This document shows, piece after piece, positions 8,658 through 16,586 of a stretch of 51,369 nucleotides of DNA. The position numbers and the translations under genes are program-made. Position 1 is the stretch's first letter, and each line of letters starts with the position of its first letter. The notes beneath the pieces were generated by a model that saw nothing but the letters and a program-made list of their open reading frames with translations, ran no database searches and was not told where the DNA came from. Source of the stretch: Ilumatobacteraceae bacterium (GTDB taxonomy: Bacteria > Actinomycetota > Acidimicrobiia > Acidimicrobiales > Ilumatobacteraceae); the NCBI GenBank assembly GCA_031370745.1, contig JANMQX010000093.1, positions 1 through 51,369 of the forward strand. Direction: 5' to 3'.

Positions 8658-8673
8658 CGTTCCACGTGAAACA
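8658..8673. promoter_or_regulatory. parS centromere site 2
   Basis: CGTTCCACGTGAAACA matches the parS consensus at 14 of 16 positions, 46 bp downstream of site 1. Confidence 0.75.
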
Positions 8674-8783
8674 TCGCGCGGACCCTGGCATCCCCCATCC
8701 GCAACCGGTGCTCCGCTACGATGACACCGCGAGAAGCCCCGTCGTCCATCGACGTCGACCGCGTGAACAGGAGTTGTTCCTCG

Positions 8784-9593
8784 ATGACCGCAACCGAATC
8801 CGACGAGGGCCGACCGCTGCCCCGGGTGATCGCCATCGCCAATCAGAAGGGCGGGGTCGGCAAGACCACGACCACCATCAATCTCGGCGCGTGTCTCGCC
8901 GAGATTGGCTTCCGCACGCTGATCATCGACCTCGATCCGCAGGGCAATGCATCGACTGGCCTTGGAATCGATAATCGGGGGATCGAGACATCGATGTATC
9001 ACGTGATCATGCACGAGGTGCCACTGGAGAACTGCATCGAACCGTCGTCGGTCAAGAACCTGTTCGTCGCTCCGGCCAGCCTCGACCTTGCCGGCGCCGA
9101 GATCGAGTTGGTGCCGGCCTTCAGCCGCGAGAACCGGTTGCGCAAGGCGATCCGTGCAGTCCTCGACGACTACGACTTCGTGCTGATCGATTGTCCACCC
9201 TCGCTCGGACTGCTCACCGTCAATGGCCTCAATGCCGCCGACGAAGTGTTGGTGCCCATCCAATGCGAGTACTACGCGCTCGAAGGTCTCGGGCAGTTGT
9301 TGCGCAATGTCGACCTCGTCAAACGTAACCTCAATCCGACGCTCGAGGTCACAACCATCGTCTGCGTGATGTACGACGCCCGCACGAAACTCGCCGATCA
9401 AGTGGTCAAGGAAGTTCGCGAACACTTCGGCGACAAGGTCTGCCGAACGGTCGTGCCTCGTACCGTGCGCCTGTCGGAGGCCCCCTCCTTCGGGCAACCG
9501 ATCATCACGTTCGACTCAACGTCTCGCGGCGCCTCGGCGTATCGCAGTGTGGCAAAGGAGGTCAGTCATGGCTCGACTCGGCGGTCTCGGTAA
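8784..9593 (+). CDS. parA: Chromosome partitioning ATPase ParA/Soj
   Basis: RVIAIANQKGGVGKTTTTINLGACLAEIGFRTLIIDLDPQGNAS (deviant Walker A). Start taken at ATG 8784 with AGGAG 10 nt upstream. The track ATG 8721 is possible but has no RBS. Confidence 0.92.
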   Translation: MTATESDEGRPLPRVIAIANQKGGVGKTTTTINLGACLAEIGFRTLIIDLDPQGNASTGLGIDNRGIETSMYHVIMHEVPLENCIEPSSVKNLFVAPASLDLAGAEIELVPAFSRENRLRKAIRAVLDDYDFVLIDCPPSLGLLTVNGLNAADEVLVPIQCEYYALEGLGQLLRNVDLVKRNLNPTLEVTTIVCVMYDARTKLADQVVKEVREHFGDKVCRTVVPRTVRLSEAPSFGQPIITFDSTSRGASAYRSVAKEVSHGSTRRSR

Positions 9594-10482
9594 AGGGCTC
9601 GGGGCTCTGATCCCGTCGGATGCCGGCACGATCGAGGGTGATTCGCCCCGGCTCGTCGACCTCCCGATCGACAGCATCATCCCCAACCAGCATCAACCGC
9701 GCGTCCATTTCGACGAAGAGTCTCTCGCCGAACTGGCCGCGTCGATCCGCGAAATTGGCGTATTGCAGCCCGTGCTGGTCAGGCCGGTAGGCGATAGCGC
9801 GTACGAGCTCGTCGCCGGCGAACGCAGGTGGCGCGCCGCCCGTCGAGCCGGACTAGCGGTCATCCCGGCGATCGTTCGAAATACCGATGACCTCGGCTTG
9901 GTCGAACGAGCGCTTGTGGAGAACCTGCACCGCCAGGACCTGACGCCGCTCGAAGAGGCCGCTGCCTACCAGCAGCTCATCGAGGATTTCGAGCTTACCC
10001 ACGAACAGGTCGCCAATCGGGTCGGCAAGAGTCGCTCGGCGGTCACCAACACCCTTCGGCTGATGTCGCTGCCACCGGGCATCCAGCATCTGTTGGCCGA
10101 TGGACGGTTGACTGCCGGACACGCTCGAGCCTTGCTCGGTACCCCCGATCGCGCCCTGCAGGAGCAACTTGCCCGTCAGGCGGTAGCCGAGAACTGGTCG
10201 GTGCGGATGCTCGAAGATCTCGTCCGCGAACGGGGAGAGGCGACGTCGACCGTCACTCGGCTGCCGGTCCGTGTGCCCGACGGAGCTGGACTGACTCCAG
10301 CGACCAGATTGCGTGCCCCGGGTTTGCTGGAACTCGAGGAGTTGCTAGCCGAGCACCTCCAGACTCGCGTCGGCGTGACTATGGGCGCTAAACGTGGGCG
10401 AGTGGTGATCGATTTTGCCGACCTGGAAGATTTGGAACGGATCTACCATGCGATGACCAACCCGCCCGAGTCGATTGCCTAA
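9568..10482 (+). CDS. parB: Chromosome partitioning protein ParB/Spo0J
   Basis: MARLGGLGKGLGALIP...QPRVHFDEESLAELAASIREIGVLQPVLVRP...LVAGERRWRAARRAGL. AAGGAGG lies 6 nt upstream of ATG 9568. Confidence 0.94.
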   Translation: MARLGGLGKGLGALIPSDAGTIEGDSPRLVDLPIDSIIPNQHQPRVHFDEESLAELAASIREIGVLQPVLVRPVGDSAYELVAGERRWRAARRAGLAVIPAIVRNTDDLGLVERALVENLHRQDLTPLEEAAAYQQLIEDFELTHEQVANRVGKSRSAVTNTLRLMSLPPGIQHLLADGRLTAGHARALLGTPDRALQEQLARQAVAENWSVRMLEDLVRERGEATSTVTRLPVRVPDGAGLTPATRLRAPGLLELEELLAEHLQTRVGVTMGAKRGRVVIDFADLEDLERIYHAMTNPPESIA

Positions 10483-10561
10483 ATCGTTACACTGCGTGGT
10501 TGATTACCTACTACGAGTAGGAATTGTCATAGAAGCGTCAAGTTGAGGGTTGCACACACCT

Positions 10562-10582
10562 AGTGGACAAGGTTGTGGATAA
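10562..10582. promoter_or_regulatory. Pair of DnaA-box motifs in the parB/cwlM convergent spacer
   Basis: AGTGGACAA (10562-10570) and TGTGGATAA (10574-10582, the exact reverse complement of TTATCCACA), same orientation, 3 bp apart. The second box sits in the loop of the inverted repeat AAGGTT..AACCTT (10569-10587). Confidence 0.45.
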
Positions 10583-10586
10583 ACCT

Positions 10587-11510
10587 TCAGGTAGATCGTG
10601 AGACCCACTGCTCAACGGCCTCGACAATGGCCACCACGATGTCCGGACCAGCATCGATTGCCAAACGAACGGGTCCGACGACGCACTGCACCGCTGGCAT
10701 TCGGGTTTCGCGAAGCATTGGTAGCCGCATTCCGCGGACCTCGGGCACGAAACCTTCGAGCTGACCTAGACGTTGTGCGATCAGCTCTGCTAGTGAGCGC
10801 CCACCAGCCGATTCGAACGTCGGCACCCGATAGAACTGCACAGTGGCGGCGGGCTCGGTGTGACTTTCGAATCCCAGGTAGACATCGGCGGCAAAATGAT
10901 TCGCAGCCGTTGCCTGGGCCCCCGCATCGGGCTCGTCGAGCGACATCACCGTTGCGCCCCGAAGCCGCAATTCTCGCGAGAGTGACCTGGCCAGGGAGCT
11001 GAGACCTCCGTACTGTCCGATCACGATCCGACATTCGGCAACAGAACCGAGGCCCGCCCGCAGTCGCTCGCGTTCGCGCACAGCAGCGATACCCGGTCCG
11101 GCACCACTTTGGGAGCTCATCACTGTCAGCGTCCGTACGGTGTCGGGACCGCACATGCCATCGGTCGATGTGCCGCAGTTCGATTGGAACTCCTCCAACG
11201 CTCGTGCCGTGCTCGGACCGAGGATGCCGTCAACGCGCCCGCAGTCGAAGCCGAGCCTGCCGAGCCGCGATTGCAGCTCGGCGACATCATCGCCGCGCAT
11301 GTTGGGTGACGTCAGAAAGAGCAGTCGATCGCCGAGCTTCCAGCTGGCTTCGACCAACGCGGTCCAGGTTTGTTCGTCGCAGAGACCATCACAGCGCAGA
11401 CCGCGCCCTGTCTGAAATGCCCTGACCGCAGCTTCTGTGGCAGGGCAAAAAGTCGCCACCTCGGCGCCGGCGGCGGGTGGGAACCCGGCGGCACCGAGGC
11501 GGCGCTGCAA
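10587..11510 (-). CDS. cwlM: CwlM-like protein: two peptidoglycan-binding repeats plus amidase_3 domain
   Basis: LQRRLGAAGF...AVRAFQTGRGLRCDGLCDEQTWTAL and GDDVAELQSRLGRLGFDCGRVDGILGPSTARALEEFQ (PG_binding_1 twice), then an amidase_3-like C-terminus. Sits downstream of trxB-trxA as in mycobacteria. The true start is probably upstream of TTG 11510 (see finding). Confidence 0.8.
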   Translation of the reverse strand: MQRRLGAAGFPPAAGAEVATFCPATEAAVRAFQTGRGLRCDGLCDEQTWTALVEASWKLGDRLLFLTSPNMRGDDVAELQSRLGRLGFDCGRVDGILGPSTARALEEFQSNCGTSTDGMCGPDTVRTLTVMSSQSGAGPGIAAVRERERLRAGLGSVAECRIVIGQYGGLSSLARSLSRELRLRGATVMSLDEPDAGAQATAANHFAADVYLGFESHTEPAATVQFYRVPTFESAGGRSLAELIAQRLGQLEGFVPEVRGMRLPMLRETRMPAVQCVVGPVRLAIDAGPDIVVAIVEAVEQWVSRST

Positions 11511-11542
11511 ATCGCGTATGGCCTCGCCGCGCTGACCGGGTG

Positions 11543-11881
11543 TCAGCGGGAAGTAGGCAGAAATTCGTCGAGCTCCTGAAGCAACTGACCCTTGCCCTTG
11601 GCGCCGACGAGGCGCTTGCGAACCTCACCACCGTTGAAGATCAACAGCGTCGGGATGCTCATGACACTGAAGCGCATGGCGATCTCCGGGTTCTCGTCGA
11701 CGTTGAGCTTGGCGATGATCAGATGGTCACCCTGCTCAGCGGCAATTTCGCCAAGGATCGGCGCGATCATCTTGCATGGCCCGCACCATTCTGCCCAGAA
11801 GTCGACGATCACCGGCTTGTCGGCCGCGGCGACTGTTTCGTCGAACGTTGCAGTGGTAAGGGTGACGATGCCAGCGGTCAT
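11543..11881 (-). CDS. trxA: Thioredoxin
   Basis: MTAGIVTLTTATFDETVAAADKPVIVDFWAEWCGPCKMIAPIL with the WCGPC active site. ATG 11881 has GAAAGGA upstream. The track start 11920 adds 13 non-conserved residues. Confidence 0.94.
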   Translation of the reverse strand: MTAGIVTLTTATFDETVAAADKPVIVDFWAEWCGPCKMIAPILGEIAAEQGDHLIIAKLNVDENPEIAMRFSVMSIPTLLIFNGGEVRKRLVGAKGKGQLLQELDEFLPTSR

Positions 11882-11990
11882 GGCGGGTCCTTTCGATTGG
11901 AATCGTGATGCTATCCGCACTCAACGACGGCGCCGCGACATGCATTCCCGGGCCTGTCGTGACTGTCGGCACGACCATTGGCCCGGGATC

Positions 11991-12932
11991 TCAGTGGTTG
12001 GATTCCAGCCAGCGCTCGCAGTCGATGGCCGCCATGCAGCCGGATCCGGCTGCCGTGACCGCCTGGCGGTAGGTGTAGTCCTGCACGTCGCCGCAGGCGA
12101 ACACGCCCGCAACGTTGGTGTAGGACGTGCCCGGTCGGGTCTTGAGGTAGCCGTTGTCTTCCATGTCGAGCACACCCTTGAAAAGGTCGGTGTTTGGACG
12201 GTGCCCGATGGCCACGAACAACCCGGTGACGGGCAACGTTGTGACGTCGTTGGTCAATACGTTGCGCACGACTGCGCCTTCCAACTTCGTGTCACCAACC
12301 AGATCCTCGACGACTGAGTTCCACATGTACTCGATCTTGGGGTTCTGGAAGGCCCGCTCCTGCATGATCTTGGAGGCTCGCAGTGTGTCGCGGCGGTGGA
12401 TCAAGGTGACCTTGGAGGCGAACTTGGTGAGGAACGTGGCTTCTTCCAGTGCGCTGTCACCACCGCCGGCAACGGCAATCTCCTGATTGCGGAAGAAGAA
12501 GCCGTCGCACGTTGCACACGTCGACAAGCCGTAACCCAAAAGCCTCGACTCAGCTTCGAGACCGAGCATCAGGCTCTGTGCACCGGTCGACACGATTACC
12601 GCATCGGCGGTGAACTGTCGATCGCGAACGCTCAGCTTGAACGGGCGTTCACTGAAGTCGACAGCCGTGACCTTCTCGGTCAGGAACTCGGCACCGAACC
12701 GCATCGCCTGATCGCGAAACTTGATCATCAGCTCAGGGCCCATGATGCCCTCGGGAAAGCCGGGGAAGTTCTCGACGTCGGTGGTGAGCATCAGTTGGCC
12801 GCCCGGCTGATCGGACGTGCTCGATGGTTCGCCCTCGATGACCAGCGGTTGAAGGTTTGCCCGGGCAGCGTAGATCGCCGCGGTCAGACCTGCCGGACCG
12901 GACCCGACGATGACGACATGATGGTGGCTCAT
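11991..12932 (-). CDS. trxB: Thioredoxin-disulfide reductase
   Basis: MSHHHVVIVGSGPAGLTAAIYAARANL (FAD Rossmann), redox CATCDGFF, GGGDSALEEATFLTKF (NADPH). ATG 12932 overlaps the upstream stop (ATGA). Confidence 0.95.
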   Translation of the reverse strand: MSHHHVVIVGSGPAGLTAAIYAARANLQPLVIEGEPSSTSDQPGGQLMLTTDVENFPGFPEGIMGPELMIKFRDQAMRFGAEFLTEKVTAVDFSERPFKLSVRDRQFTADAVIVSTGAQSLMLGLEAESRLLGYGLSTCATCDGFFFRNQEIAVAGGGDSALEEATFLTKFASKVTLIHRRDTLRASKIMQERAFQNPKIEYMWNSVVEDLVGDTKLEGAVVRNVLTNDVTTLPVTGLFVAIGHRPNTDLFKGVLDMEDNGYLKTRPGTSYTNVAGVFACGDVQDYTYRQAVTAAGSGCMAAIDCERWLESNH

Positions 12933-13255
12933 GCGTCGTCGGTGTCGAACCGCTTGCGCATCATCAGCGAACCGCCGATGACAAGCAGCCCGCCGATGAT
13001 CATGTACGACGCCCAAATCGACGAATCGTGATCGGTGGCGATTGCGACCAAGCGCTCGATGAGCTTGGTACCGAGGATCAGCAACAAGGTGAGGGTGACC
13101 GGTGCGGCAATGAGTATGACGATGCCGAAGACCACGGCGCGTACTGCGACCACGGCCCGATCCGTGACGGCGGTGCGCACCTTGCCGACATAGCGATCAA
13201 TTGTGTCGGCGAGGTCTTTTGCCCAATTCGGGTCGGTGAGCGGATTACCCGGCAT
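12929..13255 (-). CDS. Small membrane protein (at least two predicted TM segments), function unknown
   Basis: 108 aa with hydrophobic stretches VVAVRAVVFGIVILIAAPVTLTLLLILG and IWASYMIIGGLLVIGGSLMM. GC-rich third codon positions. Translationally coupled to trxB. Confidence 0.6.
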   Translation of the reverse strand: MPGNPLTDPNWAKDLADTIDRYVGKVRTAVTDRAVVAVRAVVFGIVILIAAPVTLTLLLILGTKLIERLVAIATDHDSSIWASYMIIGGLLVIGGSLMMRKRFDTDDA

Positions 13256-13261
13256 GCAACC

Positions 13262-13267
13262 ATTCTA
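13262..13267 (-). promoter_or_regulatory. Candidate -10 (TAGAAT) for a leaderless transcript starting at ATG 13255
   Basis: Minus strand reads TAGAAT-ggttgc-ATG. The A of ATG is the 7th nt after the hexamer. No Shine-Dalgarno is present. Confidence 0.35.
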
Positions 13268-13301
13268 CTGCGGAGCGGTGCCGCCTCGGGTGGTCGACGG
13301 C

Positions 13302-14144
13302 TCAGGGCCCGGGATCGTTGAGCAACACCGAGCAGTCGGCGGCATCGATGGCTTGGAGAGCACCAGTGGCCGTGTTGCGGACGGCGTAGGCAGGTGTTCC
13401 GTTGACAGTGATCGGGCCACCAATCAGCACCTGAGCCGATGTGAGGCACGGGACCGGTGCGGACCCGAGAGCGTTGCCGGCCGACACTGTGGCGGTCGGC
13501 GCTCGCGGCGTCGGCGAGGCGATGCCCTCGATGCTCGCGGCGTATTCGGCCAACGCTGCTCTGGTGTCGATCTGCGGCGGTGCCGACGTTGCACTGTCAG
13601 TCGCGTCGCCCGCCGCGGTCGAGGCCGCGCGAGTGCCTGCCGCAGATGCCGCCGCGGTGCCACCTGGCGCTGCCGTGTCGGCGGACACCTTCAGTCCCGG
13701 AGCCTCGGCCGATAGCGAGATGGTGTCGGTCGCCGCAGAATCGAGCCGGCCAGCAGAGGAATTGGAGCTGTCGTTGCCACGCGCACTGTTGATTGCGGCG
13801 ATGCCGATCACGAGGGTCGCCACTGCCGCAGCGACGCTGGTGAGCGCGCGGTACGTACGTCTGCGCGACTGCAACGAGGTCACCGCGGCCGCCGGAGCAT
13901 CGGCGGCCTGGGGTGCAGCTTGGAGTATCTCGAACTCGGCGAGCGCGGCGGCGAGCGCAGCGTTTTTGGCGCTGCCGGCGACAGGCGCGATCTCTCCGAG
14001 AGCCGCGCGCACCCGAGCAAACGATTCGACGGTTGACATCACCTCGGGATCGGCTGAGGCGGTGGCGCGTGCGGCTGGATCGAGTACATCGTCGAGGTAG
14101 GCACTGGCCATCTCGTCGTTGATCGGCAGTTCTTCGTCGTTCAT
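13302..14144 (-). CDS. Anti-sigma factor (single-pass membrane, non-ZAS)
   Basis: ATGA overlap with the ECF sigma stop. N-terminal MNDEELPINDEMASAYLDDVLDP, central TM LTSVAAAVATLVIGIAAI, Ala/Ser/Thr-rich extracytoplasmic part. No HxxxCxxC motif. Confidence 0.7.
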   Translation of the reverse strand: MNDEELPINDEMASAYLDDVLDPAARATASADPEVMSTVESFARVRAALGEIAPVAGSAKNAALAAALAEFEILQAAPQAADAPAAAVTSLQSRRRTYRALTSVAAAVATLVIGIAAINSARGNDSSNSSAGRLDSAATDTISLSAEAPGLKVSADTAAPGGTAAASAAGTRAASTAAGDATDSATSAPPQIDTRAALAEYAASIEGIASPTPRAPTATVSAGNALGSAPVPCLTSAQVLIGGPITVNGTPAYAVRNTATGALQAIDAADCSVLLNDPGP

Positions 14145-14722
14145 GGTGCTCTACTTGGACGTTCGGGGTCGGTCCACTGGTTCCCGTCGGCGGGAATGCC
14201 GGTTTGGGCAGACAAGGACTTGGCCAAGGCCGCTCGGCCTCTGGCGATTCTGCTTTTCACCGTGCCAGCCGGGATTCCGAGCACCTCAGCGATCTCCGCA
14301 TAGTCGAGGTCGGCAACATCACGCAGGACGACCGGCAACCGATATTCGTCGCTGAGCGCGCGCAGTGCGGCATCGAGGGCCATGTGGTCACCGATGGCCT
14401 CGACCCGTTGGCCGCTGTCGGGATCGGCAGCTTCGCGATGGGAATGCTCGTCGTCGGTCGAAGTCGCGACCGGGCGGCGCTTGCGGCGGCGAAGCTCGTC
14501 GAGACTGGCGTTGGTAGCGATTCGGTATGCCCACGTGCCGAACGAGGAGCGCCCGTCGAAGCGGTCGAGGTTGCGCACGATCGCGATCATCGCGTCCTGC
14601 GCGGCATCGGCCGCGTCGGCCTCGTGGCCGGTGATGCGCCAGCACACGGCGTGAACGCGGTCGTAGTGACGGCGCAGCAGCTGGTCGAGTGCCCCACGGT
14701 CTCCCCCCTGGGCTGCAGTCAC
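14141..14722 (-). CDS. ECF-type RNA polymerase sigma-70 factor (SigM-like by position)
   Basis: Region 2 DAAQDAMIAIVRNLDRFDGRSSFGTWAYRIATNASLDELRRR. Region 4 VVLRDVADLDYAEIAEVLGIPAGTVKSRIARGRAAL. Confidence 0.9.
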   Translation of the reverse strand: MTAAQGGDRGALDQLLRRHYDRVHAVCWRITGHEADAADAAQDAMIAIVRNLDRFDGRSSFGTWAYRIATNASLDELRRRKRRPVATSTDDEHSHREAADPDSGQRVEAIGDHMALDAALRALSDEYRLPVVLRDVADLDYAEIAEVLGIPAGTVKSRIARGRAALAKSLSAQTGIPADGNQWTDPERPSRAP

Positions 14723-14776
14723 CAGCTCGTGGTCGGCGAGCTGTGTTGCGATGGCGGCGAGACTACAAGCCGCGGC

Positions 14777-14800
14777 GACGTTCAGGTGGCGACAAAGTTC
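14777..14800 (-). promoter_or_regulatory. Candidate ECF-type promoter (GAAC-N16-CGTC) upstream of the sigma gene
   Basis: Minus strand: GAAC (complement of 14797-14800), 16-nt spacer, CGTC (complement of 14777-14780). About 55 nt upstream of GTG 14722 and overlapping the kinase stop codon. Confidence 0.35.
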
Positions 14801-16512
14801 ATTTCAGAAATGTCGCCGCGGTAGGGGTTCTTGGTGCATTCTGCGGTCTTGGCCAGTTGCTTGAACAACACGAGCACATACCGGGTGGGTTTGCTGATTG
14901 AAACGGTCACGGGCTCCGGGTTGGCACCAACGGCTCGTTTCAGCGGTGAGCCCCAATCGGCGATTTGGGCGGGAATCGCCCCGTCACCGGCGGTGAGGAT
15001 CTGGATCTGGTACGGGGCGCTGGCAATGAAAACAGAGAATGTTCCGATCGCCGCCTTACCGAGGTCGGCGACGACACCGACGCCACCCTTGCCCCCGAGA
15101 GTCTTCGATCCGTAGCAAAGCGTCGACCACACCGTGGCCGGATTGCCGTCGATCGCGAGCGAAACGAGCGCATCGTTCTCCTGGTGATCGTCGCCTTCAG
15201 GGTCGTACGTCGTCACTTTCACGATCTTCGAAGTCGCTGCGATCGGGGCGCTCGCCGCGATGGTCGTCGGCTCCGGCACCAGCGTCGGAGGCGCAGCAAA
15301 ACCATTGTTCGACGTGTTGTCGTGAAGCGTTGCCCACAACACCCCACCGAGCACGAGCGCGGCAGTCAGTAGGCCTCCGACCAGGATCAGTGACGGGCCG
15401 CGGCGTTGCTCGAATGTTCGATTTGGTTGTTGGCGCGCCCGGGTCGTGCTCGTCGGCGTGCGGTCACCGCGATGCGCGGGACCGACCGGTCGGCCGGTTC
15501 GCGCCACCGGTCGATAGCCGCCGACTGTGTCGGGTTGCGGCCTCGTCGGCGAAGTGGTGGCAGTGACAGGGTTCTCCGAAGTTGATCGGCGAGCCGGCGC
15601 GCCAGAGGGCGGCGGCATCGCACCTGCGGTCTGGTCGTCTCGCGTGGCGATCCGGGTGAGAGCAACACGCAGTTCAGAACCGGTTGCGAAGCGATCCATC
15701 GGGCGTCGAGCAAGCAGTCGATGGATCAGCTCTGCAAGGCCGTAGGGCAATGTCGGCCGAAGGCGAGCAAGGTCGGTGGGGTCTCGGTTGAGCCGCGCCA
15801 GTGCGGTGTCGGTGTCGGTCTCGCCGAGAAACGGAACCCGTCCGGCGAGGCATTCGTAGAGGACCAGTCCGAGGGAATAGAGGTCAGCGCGGCCATCGAG
15901 CTTCTTGCCGCGGACCTGCTCCGGTGAGAGGTACTTTGCGGTGCCCATCATCACGTTGGCGCTGGTCAGATCGTCGCCGCCGGCAGTGAGACCTTTGGCT
16001 ATTCCGAAGTCGGTCAACAGCACCCGACCATCTGGAGTGATCAAGATGTTGCCCGGCTTCACGTCGCGATGCACCAGACCAGCGCGGTGGGCTGCATCGA
16101 GCGCGGCAGCGACGCATGAACCGATGTGAATTGTCAGATCAGGGCTCAGCCGGCGCTGCTCGTCGAGTAGCTGGCGCAAACTCTTGCCGTTGACGAGTTG
16201 CATGACGACGGCGAGGCGACGACTCTCCCCGCCGGTGTCTTCGATTGCGTCGTAGACCGCGACGATGTTCGGATGACTCAGTTGGGCCACTGCTATTGCT
16301 TCGCGCCGGAAGCGCTCGGCCACGACCGGGTCGGCCGCTAACGTCGGCTTCAAGAGCTTGACCGCGACCTGGCGTGTGAGCGCCAAATCGGTCGCCAACC
16401 AGACTTCCGCCATGCCGCCTTGCGCGAGGCGTCGCTCCAGCTGGTAACGCTGGGCGAGTATCGAAGCAGAGATTGGTGGAGGGCTGGCCGCCCCAGGGAT
16501 TGTTGCTGACAT
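14782..16512 (-). CDS. Ser/Thr protein kinase with one TM and a C-terminal extracytoplasmic beta-rich domain
   Basis: GGMAEVW, VAVKLLKP, HRDVKPGNILI, DFGIAKG and GTAKYLSPEQ are all intact. TM LILVGGLLTAALVLGGVLWATL (aa ~374-395). Ectodomain has ...LAIDGNPATVWSTLCYGS..., not PASTA. Confidence 0.92.
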   Translation of the reverse strand: MSATIPGAASPPPISASILAQRYQLERRLAQGGMAEVWLATDLALTRQVAVKLLKPTLAADPVVAERFRREAIAVAQLSHPNIVAVYDAIEDTGGESRRLAVVMQLVNGKSLRQLLDEQRRLSPDLTIHIGSCVAAALDAAHRAGLVHRDVKPGNILITPDGRVLLTDFGIAKGLTAGGDDLTSANVMMGTAKYLSPEQVRGKKLDGRADLYSLGLVLYECLAGRVPFLGETDTDTALARLNRDPTDLARLRPTLPYGLAELIHRLLARRPMDRFATGSELRVALTRIATRDDQTAGAMPPPSGAPARRSTSENPVTATTSPTRPQPDTVGGYRPVARTGRPVGPAHRGDRTPTSTTRARQQPNRTFEQRRGPSLILVGGLLTAALVLGGVLWATLHDNTSNNGFAAPPTLVPEPTTIAASAPIAATSKIVKVTTYDPEGDDHQENDALVSLAIDGNPATVWSTLCYGSKTLGGKGGVGVVADLGKAAIGTFSVFIASAPYQIQILTAGDGAIPAQIADWGSPLKRAVGANPEPVTVSISKPTRYVLVLFKQLAKTAECTKNPYRGDISEMNFVAT

Positions 16513-16586
16513 GTCCGCCCTCGAACGCTAGTGGCGCAGGGCTGAGGAAACCGGGCAATAGCACCGACCGCTGGTGAACGACCGCG

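Noticed and set aside
8616-9497. 293-aa ORF antisense to parA
   Set aside because: It overlaps a canonical ParA gene on the opposite strand and shows no motifs.
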